From IMG/VR virus record IMGVR_UViG_3300032092_002720, positions 64,001 through 128,000 of that record: DNA of 64,000 nt; one strand, given 5' to 3'. Positions within the stretch are counted from its first letter, which is position 1, and each line of letters opens with the position of its first letter. The position numbers were made by a program, and so were the translations under genes. Source of the DNA: a virus (lineage: Duplodnaviria > Heunggongvirae > Uroviricota > Caudoviricetes). Positions 49,209-58,197 of the stretch are shown here, one piece after another. Under the pieces are notes generated by a model. It had not been told where the DNA came from. It made no database searches and saw only the letters and a list, made by a program, of their open reading frames with translations.

Positions 49209-49756
49209 TGCGCATACTCCGTGTCAAAGAAGAATGTCTGAAACAGACGACCATCATATAAATCTTTACCAAAGTAATCTAAGCTGGCATGGAAGAGGTC
49301 ACCGCTATAAAGAACTAGTCGATTGTATTTGTTGCCTACGATGTCGATCTTATCCCACTTGGTATAGTCGTATGCCTCGTGCTCGTTTTTCGGAGCTCGA
49401 TACTCTCCAGTTTCCTTGTGTCGAAACATTCCTGTGCCTGCAGTATGCGGCGCATCAGGCGTGAGATAGCATACACCAGCCCACATACTCGTGTGATCGC
49501 AGTGGATCCACGTTCTATCCATAGATGTTGCGTATTGAAAGGCTCCAGTGTAACCCGAATCTTCATGCCAATTGGTAATCTTTCCAATTGGATTCATCCA
49601 ATGTTGAATGCAGTCCTTGACATCTTGTGTCAAGAATGAAGGCGTTCGTTTTCCTGGGTAGTTACCTGTGACGCTAAAGTCTTGTGTAAGAGCAAAGGCT
49701 CTGACTGCGTCGGGATTGATATAGAAGTTATCTATAATCATCAAGTCTAAATTCAT
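49205..49756 (-). CDS. 2OG-Fe(II) oxygenase-like protein (DUF6445-like)
   Basis: IIDNFY.NPD.VR, YPG.RT, WIH.D, WAGV.YL.PDAP...GT and YNRLVLY....FH.S. Confidence 0.75.
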   Translation of the reverse strand: MNLDLMIIDNFYINPDAVRAFALTQDFSVTGNYPGKRTPSFLTQDVKDCIQHWMNPIGKITNWHEDSGYTGAFQYATSMDRTWIHCDHTSMWAGVCYLTPDAPHTAGTGMFRHKETGEYRAPKNEHEAYDYTKWDKIDIVGNKYNRLVLYSGDLFHASLDYFGKDLYDGRLFQTFFFDTEYAQ

Positions 49757-49787
49757 AATATTTCAAGTCCTCATATTGTACTGGTTG

Positions 49788-49795
49788 TATTTATA
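49788..49795 (-). promoter_or_regulatory. T4-type late promoter driving the minus-strand enzyme pair
   Basis: TATTTATA on the plus strand equals TATAAATA on the minus strand, 31 nt before the ATG at 49756. Confidence 0.75.
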
Positions 49796-49800
49796 CGGCT

Positions 49801-49808
49801 TATAAATA
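49801..49808 (+). promoter_or_regulatory. T4-type late promoter for gp13
   Basis: Exact TATAAATA 33 nt upstream of gp13. Confidence 0.8.
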
Positions 49809-49841
49809 GCTTGAGAATAAATATAATAAAAGAGGGATTAC

Positions 49842-50585
49842 ATGGCCACTCCTACTACAAAAGCCGAGTTCAAAGAATACTGTCTCCGTAAGTTAGGCAA
49901 GCCAGTAATTGAAATCAACGTAGACGACGATCAAGTCGATGATCGTGTTGACGAAGCGCTTCGTTACTGGTATGACTATCACTTTGATGGTTCTGAAAGA
50001 GTATACTACAAGCATGCTATCACGTCAACTGACGTAACAAACAAGTATATCACTCTTCCAGAAAATATCATCGGCGCGGTCAGCATCTTCTCGATGGGTG
50101 ATCCTTCGATCCGCTCTGACGACCTCTTTAACATTCGCTATCAGATCGCTTTGAACGACCTCTACACTCTGACTAACGTGTCGCTTGTTCCATACTATAT
50201 GGTCATGGAACACCTTGCTCTGATGAACGAACTCCTTGTCGGTAAACAGCCTATTCGTTATTCTCGTCACAAAGATCGTCTTTATGTTGATATGGACTGG
50301 AACACTGTTGCTGTCGGCGAATTCTTACTCGTTGAAGCCTACGAAGTAGTCGATCCAGAAACATGGACAGATGCTTATAACGATCGTTGGCTTCAGAACT
50401 ATGCTACAACTCTGATCAAAGAACAGTGGGGTTCCAACCTTACAAAGTTTACAGGCATGACTTTACCTGGAGGAGTTCAATTTAACGGTGAGAAAATCTA
50501 CGACGATGCCGTAGCCGAAAGAAGAAAGCTCGAAGACGAGATGATTTCTTCTTATTCTCTGCCGGTTCTCGATATGATTGGATAA
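49842..50585 (+). CDS. gp13: Neck protein gp13
   Basis: K.YCLRKLG.PVIEINVDDDQ.DDR..EAL and WG.NL.KF.G..LPGGV..NG. Confidence 0.95.
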   Translation: MATPTTKAEFKEYCLRKLGKPVIEINVDDDQVDDRVDEALRYWYDYHFDGSERVYYKHAITSTDVTNKYITLPENIIGAVSIFSMGDPSIRSDDLFNIRYQIALNDLYTLTNVSLVPYYMVMEHLALMNELLVGKQPIRYSRHKDRLYVDMDWNTVAVGEFLLVEAYEVVDPETWTDAYNDRWLQNYATTLIKEQWGSNLTKFTGMTLPGGVQFNGEKIYDDAVAERRKLEDEMISSYSLPVLDMIG

Positions 50586-50588
50586 TAC

Positions 50589-51317
50589 ATGTCGACCAAC
50601 TTTTATTTCAACAATTTTACAAATAGCCAAGAGCAGATCTTAATTGAGAATCTGGTTCTTGAGTCTATTAAGATGTATGGTCACGACGTATATTATTGTC
50701 CTCGAACTCTGATTGCAAAAGATGATGTATACGAAGAAGATTCATTATCACAGTACAACAATAATTATTTAATTGACATGTATATTCGTAGCTATGAGAG
50801 CTATGAAGGTGACGGCCAGTTCTTATCGAAATTCGGTCTTGAAATCAGAGATCAGGTAACGTTTACAGTATCTGTTCGTAACTTTATGGACGAAATCGGC
50901 AACCTTGAGATGATCGATCGTCCTCAAGAAGGCGATCTTATCTATCTTCCGATGGCCGACCGTCTGATGTACATCAAGTATGTCAATAAGACTCCTGTCT
51001 TCTATCAGATGGGATCGATTCAGATGTATGATCTTGTCTGCGAAATGTTCGAATATGGCGGCGAGGAACTGAATACTGGAATTGCTGCCATTGATAACAT
51101 CGAGAGAGATCTCAGCCTTAGCCTCGATCTATACAACATTACCACTTCTGACGGACTCATTCTTATCACTCAAGATGGAACTCCTATTATTCAAAGCGGT
51201 TATAGTTTCGAAACACAAGCTGGTGATCCATTCGAAGACAATACCGAGTTCGAAGTCGAAGGCGACAGTATTCTCGACTGGACGCAGATAGATCCTTTTA
51301 GTGAAGGTAACGTATAA
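50589..51317 (+). CDS. gp14: Neck protein gp14
   Basis: EQ.L.E.LV.E.I..YG.DVYY.PR, LSKFG.EIRD and P.EGDLIY.P. Confidence 0.95.
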   Translation: MSTNFYFNNFTNSQEQILIENLVLESIKMYGHDVYYCPRTLIAKDDVYEEDSLSQYNNNYLIDMYIRSYESYEGDGQFLSKFGLEIRDQVTFTVSVRNFMDEIGNLEMIDRPQEGDLIYLPMADRLMYIKYVNKTPVFYQMGSIQMYDLVCEMFEYGGEELNTGIAAIDNIERDLSLSLDLYNITTSDGLILITQDGTPIIQSGYSFETQAGDPFEDNTEFEVEGDSILDWTQIDPFSEGNV

Positions 51318-52147
51318 TGTTTGGAAGAACATGGAATCATGATAGCTTAAGAAAGTATATCATCGTATTTGGTACGGTGTTCAATGACATCTATATCAAT
51401 CGCCTCGATAACAATGAAGAAATAAGACAGACTCTGAAAGTTCCTTTGACTTATGGTCCAAAGGATAAGGTTTTAGCGAGACTTGAGCAAAATCCTCAAA
51501 TGGATAATCAGGCCGGTGTTGTTTTGCCTCGCATCTCATTCGAGATGACGTCCTTAGAATATGATCCTACTCGTAAGCTGAATACTCTCAACAAGCTGAC
51601 AAAGCAATCTGCCACTGCAGGCACAGACGACGAAGTCAAGTATCAGTATATGCCTGTTCCATATGACATGCAATTCGAGATGAACATCTTAGTTAAGAAC
51701 GCAGAAGATGGCACACGCATCGTAGAACAAATCGTGCCCTACTTTACTCCTGACTTTACAGTCAGTGTCAACCTTGTTCCTGAGATAGACAGTGCACGTG
51801 ATATTCCTATCATTCTGAATAGTATTACTTCTCAAGATCAATACGAAGGCAGCTTCGAACAAAGAAGAGCGTTGATTTGGACACTCAGCTTTACAATGAA
51901 GGGCTGGTTATATGGTCCTACGAAGAAATCAAAACTAATTAAACTCGCAGAAACAACGTTCAGACTTCCTGAAGATGTTACGACAGGTAACACTACTAAC
52001 ACTACTAGCACGGTAACTGTGGCTGCTCGCCCAGGATTAACTGCTAACGGACAACCAACAAGTAATGCCGCAGCAAGCATTCCGTACGATGAAATTATAA
52101 GTACAGATGACTATGGCTTTATTAATACAATTACTGAGAATATCTAA
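51317..52147 (+). CDS. gp15: Tail sheath stabiliser/terminator gp15
   Basis: RKYI..FGT.FNDI, VPL.YGPK.K, LPR.SFE...YD..RK and IVEQI.P.F.P. Confidence 0.95.
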   Translation: MFGRTWNHDSLRKYIIVFGTVFNDIYINRLDNNEEIRQTLKVPLTYGPKDKVLARLEQNPQMDNQAGVVLPRISFEMTSLEYDPTRKLNTLNKLTKQSATAGTDDEVKYQYMPVPYDMQFEMNILVKNAEDGTRIVEQIVPYFTPDFTVSVNLVPEIDSARDIPIILNSITSQDQYEGSFEQRRALIWTLSFTMKGWLYGPTKKSKLIKLAETTFRLPEDVTTGNTTNTTSTVTVAARPGLTANGQPTSNAAASIPYDEIISTDDYGFINTITENI

Positions 52148-52536
52148 TGAGCAATGAACTTGATAAATTTTTAAACATCGCCTCTGGCGATAACTTACCG
52201 ACTGTGATCGAAAAGAAGATGAGTACGCAAGTCTCAGCTGACTTTGAGTATGCACGCGAGAACATGATGGAAGTCATCAATAAGGGTCAAGAAGCACTCT
52301 TTGATTTGATGGATGTGGCCAAACAAAGCCAGCACCCTCGAGCATATGAAGTCTTGGCAACCATGATGAATACGATGGTGGCAGCAAGCAAGGACTTAGT
52401 TGATCTTCAGGCCAAAAAGAAGAAGATCATGGAAGATGATCCTTCTGCTTCTCCTCAGCAAGTCACAAACAATCTTTTCGTAGGTTCGACGGCCGAATTA
52501 CAGAAATATCTGAAGCAGCACAAAGATGGCGAGTGA
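52147..52536 (+). CDS. gp16: Terminase small subunit gp16
   Basis: D.EYAR.N, A..S.HPRAYEV and NNLFVGSTAELQK.L. Confidence 0.93.
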   Translation: MSNELDKFLNIASGDNLPTVIEKKMSTQVSADFEYARENMMEVINKGQEALFDLMDVAKQSQHPRAYEVLATMMNTMVAASKDLVDLQAKKKKIMEDDPSASPQQVTNNLFVGSTAELQKYLKQHKDGE

Positions 52537-54199
52537 AAACTATCTCGGTAATCCGAGGCTCAAGAGAGCAGATACAAAGGTCGAGTATACTCCCGAGCAA
52601 GTCGCAGAGTACATTAAGTGCTCTGAGGATCCGATCTACTTTATCTTAACTTATTGTAAGATCGTTAACATCGATAGGGGTCTGATCATGTTTCCGCTCT
52701 GGGAATTCCAGAAGGAAATGATCCTCGCCTTCGAAGCCAATCGATTTGTTATCTGTAAGATGCCTCGTCAGGTTGGTAAGACAACCACGGTTGCCGCTTA
52801 CTTGCTTTGGAAGATCGTATTCAACGAAGAGTATTCTATCGCTATTCTGGCCAACAAAGACAGACAGGCTCGAGAGATTCTTGGCCGTATTCAGTTGATG
52901 TTCGAGCATCTTCCGAAGTGGCTTCAAATGGGTGTTACCGAATGGAATAAGGGTAACATTAAGCTCGAGAATGGATCTGAAATCCTTGCTTCGGCTACCT
53001 CATCATCTGCTATTCGTGGTACTTCTCAGAACATGGTTTACCTCGACGAGTTTGCCTTCGTTCCGACCAACATTCAAGACGAGTTCTTCGCTTCGGTATA
53101 TCCTACCATTTCATCTGGTCAAAGTTCGAAGGTTCTCGTGACTTCGACGCCGAACGGTATGAACATGTTTTACCGCATTTGGACAGAGTCTGAAGAGGGT
53201 AGAAATGCTTATGCTCGTGTCGATGTTCACTGGTCACAGATTCCTGGCCGCGACGAAGCATGGAAAGAACAGACGATCAGCAATACGTCTGAAGAACAGT
53301 TCAGACAAGAATATGAGTGTGAGTTCCTTGGATCTTCGAACACTCTGATCCATCCTACCAAACTTCGTAACATGGTCTATAAGCATCCGATTGCACAAGC
53401 AGACGGTGGACTTAAGATCTATGAAGAGCCAGAACCAGATACAATCTATGCTATCGTAGTTGATACATCTCGAGGGGCTGGAGCTGACTATTCTGCCTTC
53501 ATTGTCGTCAATGTATCTACGATGCCTTATCGACAAGTGGCCACATATCGAAATAACTTGATATCTCCAATGATCTATCCGAACATCATCTATAACGCGG
53601 CTATCAAATATAACGATGCGCTTGTTCTTGTCGAAACGAACGATATTGGTCAGCAAGTAGCCGATATCCTACACTACGATCTTGAATATGATGGAGTTCT
53701 CGTCACCGCAAATAACGGCAGAACAGGGCAAAGCCTATCAGGTGGCTTTGCTACGACGACTCACTATGGTGTCAAGACTACGAAGCAGGTGAAACGAGTC
53801 GGTTGTGCCACACTCAAGACTCTCGTCGAATCTGATAAGTTTTTGATCTATGATTATGACACTATCTATGAGTTGACTCGCTTCTCACTCAAGAACAGTT
53901 TGAAAGGCAACCAGTCATATGAAGCAGAAGACGGTAATGATGACATGGCCATGTGCTGTGTTCTCTTTGCTTGGTTGACTACGCAGCCTTATCTCAAAGA
54001 AATTACGAATGTTGATATTCGTATGCAAATTTACGAACAGAATGAGAAGATGCTCGAGCAGCAGATGCTTCCATTTGGACTGATGAGTACAGGAGACGAT
54101 GAACATGACGAAGAAGTTAATGAACCTCTCTTCGAAGGTGGACCGAAAGATGATTTCTGGGTTAGCAAGAAGATGGGATTCTTCGAAGGAAACTTTTGA
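52526..54199 (+). CDS. gp17: Terminase large subunit gp17
   Basis: YLGNP.LK, Walker A PRQVGKTT, Walker B YLDEFAF, nuclease VDTSRG.G.DYS and DD..M. Confidence 0.97.
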   Translation: MASENYLGNPRLKRADTKVEYTPEQVAEYIKCSEDPIYFILTYCKIVNIDRGLIMFPLWEFQKEMILAFEANRFVICKMPRQVGKTTTVAAYLLWKIVFNEEYSIAILANKDRQAREILGRIQLMFEHLPKWLQMGVTEWNKGNIKLENGSEILASATSSSAIRGTSQNMVYLDEFAFVPTNIQDEFFASVYPTISSGQSSKVLVTSTPNGMNMFYRIWTESEEGRNAYARVDVHWSQIPGRDEAWKEQTISNTSEEQFRQEYECEFLGSSNTLIHPTKLRNMVYKHPIAQADGGLKIYEEPEPDTIYAIVVDTSRGAGADYSAFIVVNVSTMPYRQVATYRNNLISPMIYPNIIYNAAIKYNDALVLVETNDIGQQVADILHYDLEYDGVLVTANNGRTGQSLSGGFATTTHYGVKTTKQVKRVGCATLKTLVESDKFLIYDYDTIYELTRFSLKNSLKGNQSYEAEDGNDDMAMCCVLFAWLTTQPYLKEITNVDIRMQIYEQNEKMLEQQMLPFGLMSTGDDEHDEEVNEPLFEGGPKDDFWVSKKMGFFEGNF

Positions 54200-54200
54200 T

Positions 54201-54914
54201 ATGAAGCACGAATATGATTTAAATATTAGAAAAATGATAAAGCCTATGAAGGTTGCATTGCAGCATCCTGGCAAAGCTTTACCTTTTATTGCACAAGTCG
54301 TAAGGCATGGCAGTGGTCCTTCTCTGAAGTACACATACAAAAAGATGCTTGAAACCAAAACTGGTGGAGAGCTGGCATATAAAAATGAAGAGATATCTGA
54401 ATATTTGCCATTCCTTTCAGAGCGACCAGAAGGATCTGTCGGAAGAGAATCGTACAATTATTTTGGACATCATCAAGAGAATGTACAAAAAGTAAGTCGA
54501 AGAAAAAAGACTAATGATGAGTGGATCGAGGCTAAGCATCCATATAGCTGGATGGCGAGAAGATATCGTGATACTCATGACATATGGCACATTCTATCAG
54601 GTTATCCTACGAGTACAGAAGGTGAGATGTGCATGGTCATGTTTTCTTATGCACAGACTCGATCACTCGCTTGGTTAGTAATCAGTCTAAGTGCCATGTT
54701 CGCAATTATAAATCATTTGAAGAAGCCTTCAGAATATTTTACCGTGATTCGAATGGCATACGAAGCATATCGAAATGGTAAAAAAGCCAAGTTTTTGTTG
54801 GCCGAAGATTATGATAAACTACTATCTGAAAATTTAGATTCTGCTAGGGAAAGACTAAACATCCGCTTACCGAAAGCCTTTGTTAACAGATCTCCTAATT
54901 TTTTGAAGTTATAA
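54201..54914 (+). CDS. Coq4-like metal-binding protein
   Basis: PEGSVGR and HDIWH-x11-E, the Coq4-family HDxxH-(x)11-E signature. Start at ATG 54201 just after the gp17 stop. Confidence 0.75.
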   Translation: MKHEYDLNIRKMIKPMKVALQHPGKALPFIAQVVRHGSGPSLKYTYKKMLETKTGGELAYKNEEISEYLPFLSERPEGSVGRESYNYFGHHQENVQKVSRRKKTNDEWIEAKHPYSWMARRYRDTHDIWHILSGYPTSTEGEMCMVMFSYAQTRSLAWLVISLSAMFAIINHLKKPSEYFTVIRMAYEAYRNGKKAKFLLAEDYDKLLSENLDSARERLNIRLPKAFVNRSPNFLKL

Positions 54915-54917
54915 ATA
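54910..54917 (+). promoter_or_regulatory. T4-type late promoter for gp18/gp19
   Basis: Exact TATAAATA 44 nt before gp18. Confidence 0.82.
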
Positions 54918-54961
54918 AAGCAAATGCAACTTATATGACTAACCTTTAAAGGGAGATAACA

Positions 54962-57571
54962 ATGGCGTTTCAAGTCAGCCCGGGAATTAACGTTTCTGAA
55001 ATTGATCTTACAACATCTGTTCCGGCACTTGCGACTACGGTCGGTGGTTTCGGCGGAGTATTTCGTTGGGGACCAGTAGGAAAGTTTGTTCTTGTAGATT
55101 CAGAAAATACACTCACAAATCGTTTTGGTAAACCGACTTCGGATAACTACGAAACGTTCTTCACAGCAGCCAACTTCCTTTCATACGGAAACGCACTGTA
55201 TGTGTCGCGTGCAGGAACTACAACAGGTTTTGCTAACAGCGCAAGCCTTACTCTTGACGCAGACACAACGATTGCTTCCAACGGTAATGCTCTTGGTCTT
55301 ACTGCGGGTGTTCTCGTACAAGGTGACGGCATTGCTGATAACACCTTTGTAACAGCAGTAACTAACAGCTCGATCACTATCTCGAAAGCAGCTACTACAA
55401 GCGGTTCATCGCTGGTTTCATTCATTGCAAACAATCGCGTTCTATCTGCTTATGCTGGTAATACAGCCACAGTAGTGACATCAAGCGTAGTAGTAAAGAA
55501 TTCAGAAGATTTCGAAACCCTAAATGCAAACGCTAGCAACTTCACAGGAACCGAGTTCATCGCTCGTTATCCTGGTGCACTCGGCAACTCGCTGAAGGTT
55601 TCGATGTGCGACAGCGCAGCTCAGTATGCTGAGACAGTTACATTTGAAACTAACACCACTTACGGTTCAACAACAGCAAACACATACGCTCTTGCAGATC
55701 TTACAAGCGCTACGATGTCGATCGCTGTGGGTAGCAACACTGCTAACGTTGTCTTCGTATGGTCTGGCGATGACTTCGCTGATCGTGTAGCTGCTTCCGC
55801 CGGTGCTCGAGTAGTTGGATCAAACGGTGTATCAACTAACTTCATCTCGCTTGCAACCGCAAATACGCTGTTCACAAATGGTGATGCAGTATGGTATGCA
55901 AGAGGCGCAGCAAATAGTGTAAACAGTATTCAGGGTCTATCTGAAGGCACAACTTACTACGTTATTGCAGCTAATACTACCGGTCTTTCACTGTCACTCA
56001 CTTCTGGCGGTTCAGCGGTTGCTATCTCGAACGGCGCTGCCAACGCAGACGTATACTTCACTAAGCAAACTGCAACAGACCTTGGTCTTACGCTTGCACA
56101 AGCACGTCTTGCGGTTACAGCAGTTCGCGATAAGATTTCGGTGGGCGACTACGTAGAAGTTGGTAATACTGACGTTGGTAAGCAGAACATGAAGGTTACT
56201 TCGAAGGGTAATCAGGCCGACGACGGTACGAACATCTTCTTCAATATCAGTTTCGATACCACTTGGAACAAGTCGACTAACTTCAGCGGTACTTCGCTGA
56301 AGCGTCAATGGGAATACTTCAACGTTGTAGAATCTGCTCCAGGTGTATCTTCATCGATGACAAATGCGGGTCGCACTGTTACTGACGAAGTTTCAGTTGT
56401 TGTGGTTGACGAAGACGGTCTGATCAGCGGAACACCTGGTCAAGTTCTTGAAATCTACCAAAACCTTTCACGTGCAACAGATGCCAAGAAAGATGACGGT
56501 ACGACCAACTACTATAAGACTGCTATCAATGACTTCTCACGTTGGGTTTGGGCAACAAAGGATAGAGCAGGAGCTGCTTCAGCTATTCTTGCAGATCTTG
56601 CTGAATCGACCAACACAACGACATATACAAAGTCGTTTGTTCGCGGTGTAGACGGCGCGACAGAAGGCACCGCATCGATGGCCGCTCTTGGTGCTGCATA
56701 TGATCTCTTTGCAGATGCAAGCACAGTAGATATTTCTCTGCTTCTTCAAGGTAAGGCAACTGGTACTAACGACGTTCAGCTAGCTAACTATCTGATCGAC
56801 AATATTGCAGAAGTTCGTAAAGACTGCGTAGTGTTCGTTTCTCCAGCATACTCTGATGTTGTAGGAGTGAATACAGAAAATGCTCAAGCACAGAATGTCG
56901 TAGATTTCAGACGTCTTCTACGTAACACTTCATACGCTTTCATGGATTCTGGTTACAAGTATCAGTACGACAAGTATGCAGACGTATATCGCTACGTTCC
57001 ACTGAACGGTGACATTGCTGGTCTTACAGCTCGCAGTGATAGCCTCAGAGATCCTTGGTTCTCTCCAGCTGGATTCACTCGCGGTCAAATCAGAAATCTT
57101 GTTAAACTGGCATTCAGCCCTGGCAAAAATGACAGAGATCTTCTATACAAGAACGACGTCAACCCAGTGGTAACATTCCCAGGTCAAGGCACAGTGCTCT
57201 ACGGAGATAAGACTCTCCTAGGCCGTGCAAGTGCATTCGATCGTATTAACGTACGTCGTCTGTTCATCGTTCTTGAAAAAGCAATCGCTACAGCTTCAAA
57301 CTCTACTCTGTTTGAATTCAACGACGATTTCACAAGATCACAGTTTGTTAATCTGGTTGAGCCATATCTTCGCGACGTTCAAGGTCGTCGTGGAATCTTT
57401 GACTTCCGCGTGGTTTGTGACGAGACGAATAACACTGCTGAAGTAATCGACAGCAATCGCTTTGTTGGAGACATCTACATCAAGCCTGCTAAGTCGATCA
57501 ACTTCATCCAGCTAAACTTCGTCGCCGTAAGATCTGGTGTCGAGTTCAACGAAATCGCTGGCCAGTTCTAA
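54962..57571 (+). CDS. gp18: Tail sheath protein gp18 with an inserted module
   Basis: SPG..V.EIDLT, F.WGP, PW.SPAG..RG and RINVRRLF. 869 aa. Confidence 0.97.
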   Translation: MAFQVSPGINVSEIDLTTSVPALATTVGGFGGVFRWGPVGKFVLVDSENTLTNRFGKPTSDNYETFFTAANFLSYGNALYVSRAGTTTGFANSASLTLDADTTIASNGNALGLTAGVLVQGDGIADNTFVTAVTNSSITISKAATTSGSSLVSFIANNRVLSAYAGNTATVVTSSVVVKNSEDFETLNANASNFTGTEFIARYPGALGNSLKVSMCDSAAQYAETVTFETNTTYGSTTANTYALADLTSATMSIAVGSNTANVVFVWSGDDFADRVAASAGARVVGSNGVSTNFISLATANTLFTNGDAVWYARGAANSVNSIQGLSEGTTYYVIAANTTGLSLSLTSGGSAVAISNGAANADVYFTKQTATDLGLTLAQARLAVTAVRDKISVGDYVEVGNTDVGKQNMKVTSKGNQADDGTNIFFNISFDTTWNKSTNFSGTSLKRQWEYFNVVESAPGVSSSMTNAGRTVTDEVSVVVVDEDGLISGTPGQVLEIYQNLSRATDAKKDDGTTNYYKTAINDFSRWVWATKDRAGAASAILADLAESTNTTTYTKSFVRGVDGATEGTASMAALGAAYDLFADASTVDISLLLQGKATGTNDVQLANYLIDNIAEVRKDCVVFVSPAYSDVVGVNTENAQAQNVVDFRRLLRNTSYAFMDSGYKYQYDKYADVYRYVPLNGDIAGLTARSDSLRDPWFSPAGFTRGQIRNLVKLAFSPGKNDRDLLYKNDVNPVVTFPGQGTVLYGDKTLLGRASAFDRINVRRLFIVLEKAIATASNSTLFEFNDDFTRSQFVNLVEPYLRDVQGRRGIFDFRVVCDETNNTAEVIDSNRFVGDIYIKPAKSINFIQLNFVAVRSGVEFNEIAGQF

Positions 57572-57600
57572 TAAATAAGATAAACCTAGGAGGAAAGTAA

Positions 57601-58143
57601 ATGGCTTTTAATATCAATGAAATGAGAAGCCAGCTACAGTTTGGCGGCGCAAGACAAAACCTGTTCCAAGTGGATATTTCAAATCCTGCGAACAGCGCTG
57701 GAGATGCAAAAACAAGATTCATGTGTCAGGCAGCTCAGCTGCCTGGCTCTGACCTTGGTGTCATTCCAGTATTTTACTTCGGTCGTCAAATGAAGTTAGC
57801 TGGTGACAGAACGTTCGCCGAATGGACAGTAACAATCATCAACGATGAAGACTTCCTGATCCGTAATGCGATGGAAGAATGGTCGAATAGAATCAATCGT
57901 CTGCAACGCAACGTAAGAGAAATTGGTCCTGGATACAAGTCACAGGCGACAGTTACTCAGTTTGGTAAAGACGGTTCGAAGATCCGTACTTATGATTTCA
58001 ACGGAATCTTCCCAAGCAATATCAGCCCAATCGAACTCGATTGGTCTACAACCGATCAAATCGAACTGTTCCAGGTAACGTTCCAATATGACTACTGGAC
58101 AGTTGGTCGTACTGGATCGACAGGTCGCGCCGGCGGTGAATAA
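57601..58143 (+). CDS. gp19: Tail tube protein gp19
   Basis: GGAR.NLF.V, GR..K.AGDRTF..WTVTI.ND.DF.IR...E.W. Confidence 0.97.
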   Translation: MAFNINEMRSQLQFGGARQNLFQVDISNPANSAGDAKTRFMCQAAQLPGSDLGVIPVFYFGRQMKLAGDRTFAEWTVTIINDEDFLIRNAMEEWSNRINRLQRNVREIGPGYKSQATVTQFGKDGSKIRTYDFNGIFPSNISPIELDWSTTDQIELFQVTFQYDYWTVGRTGSTGRAGGE

Positions 58144-58144
58144 T

Positions 58145-58175
58145 AAGTAAAGGGTAATCATTCCCTTTACTTTTT
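58145..58175 (+). terminator. Rho-independent terminator after gp19
   Basis: AAGTAAAGGG-taatcatt-CCCTTTACTT 10-bp stem followed by a T run. Confidence 0.8.
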
Positions 58176-58197
58176 CGTTATTTAAATTGGAGAACCC

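Noticed and set aside
54099-54200. Upstream start for the Coq4-like gene, and likewise 40247 for the repeat gene and 47819 for the oxygenase
   Set aside because: These extensions overlap the previous gene extensively. Downstream ATGs at 54201, 40283 and 47876 fit the operon spacing better.
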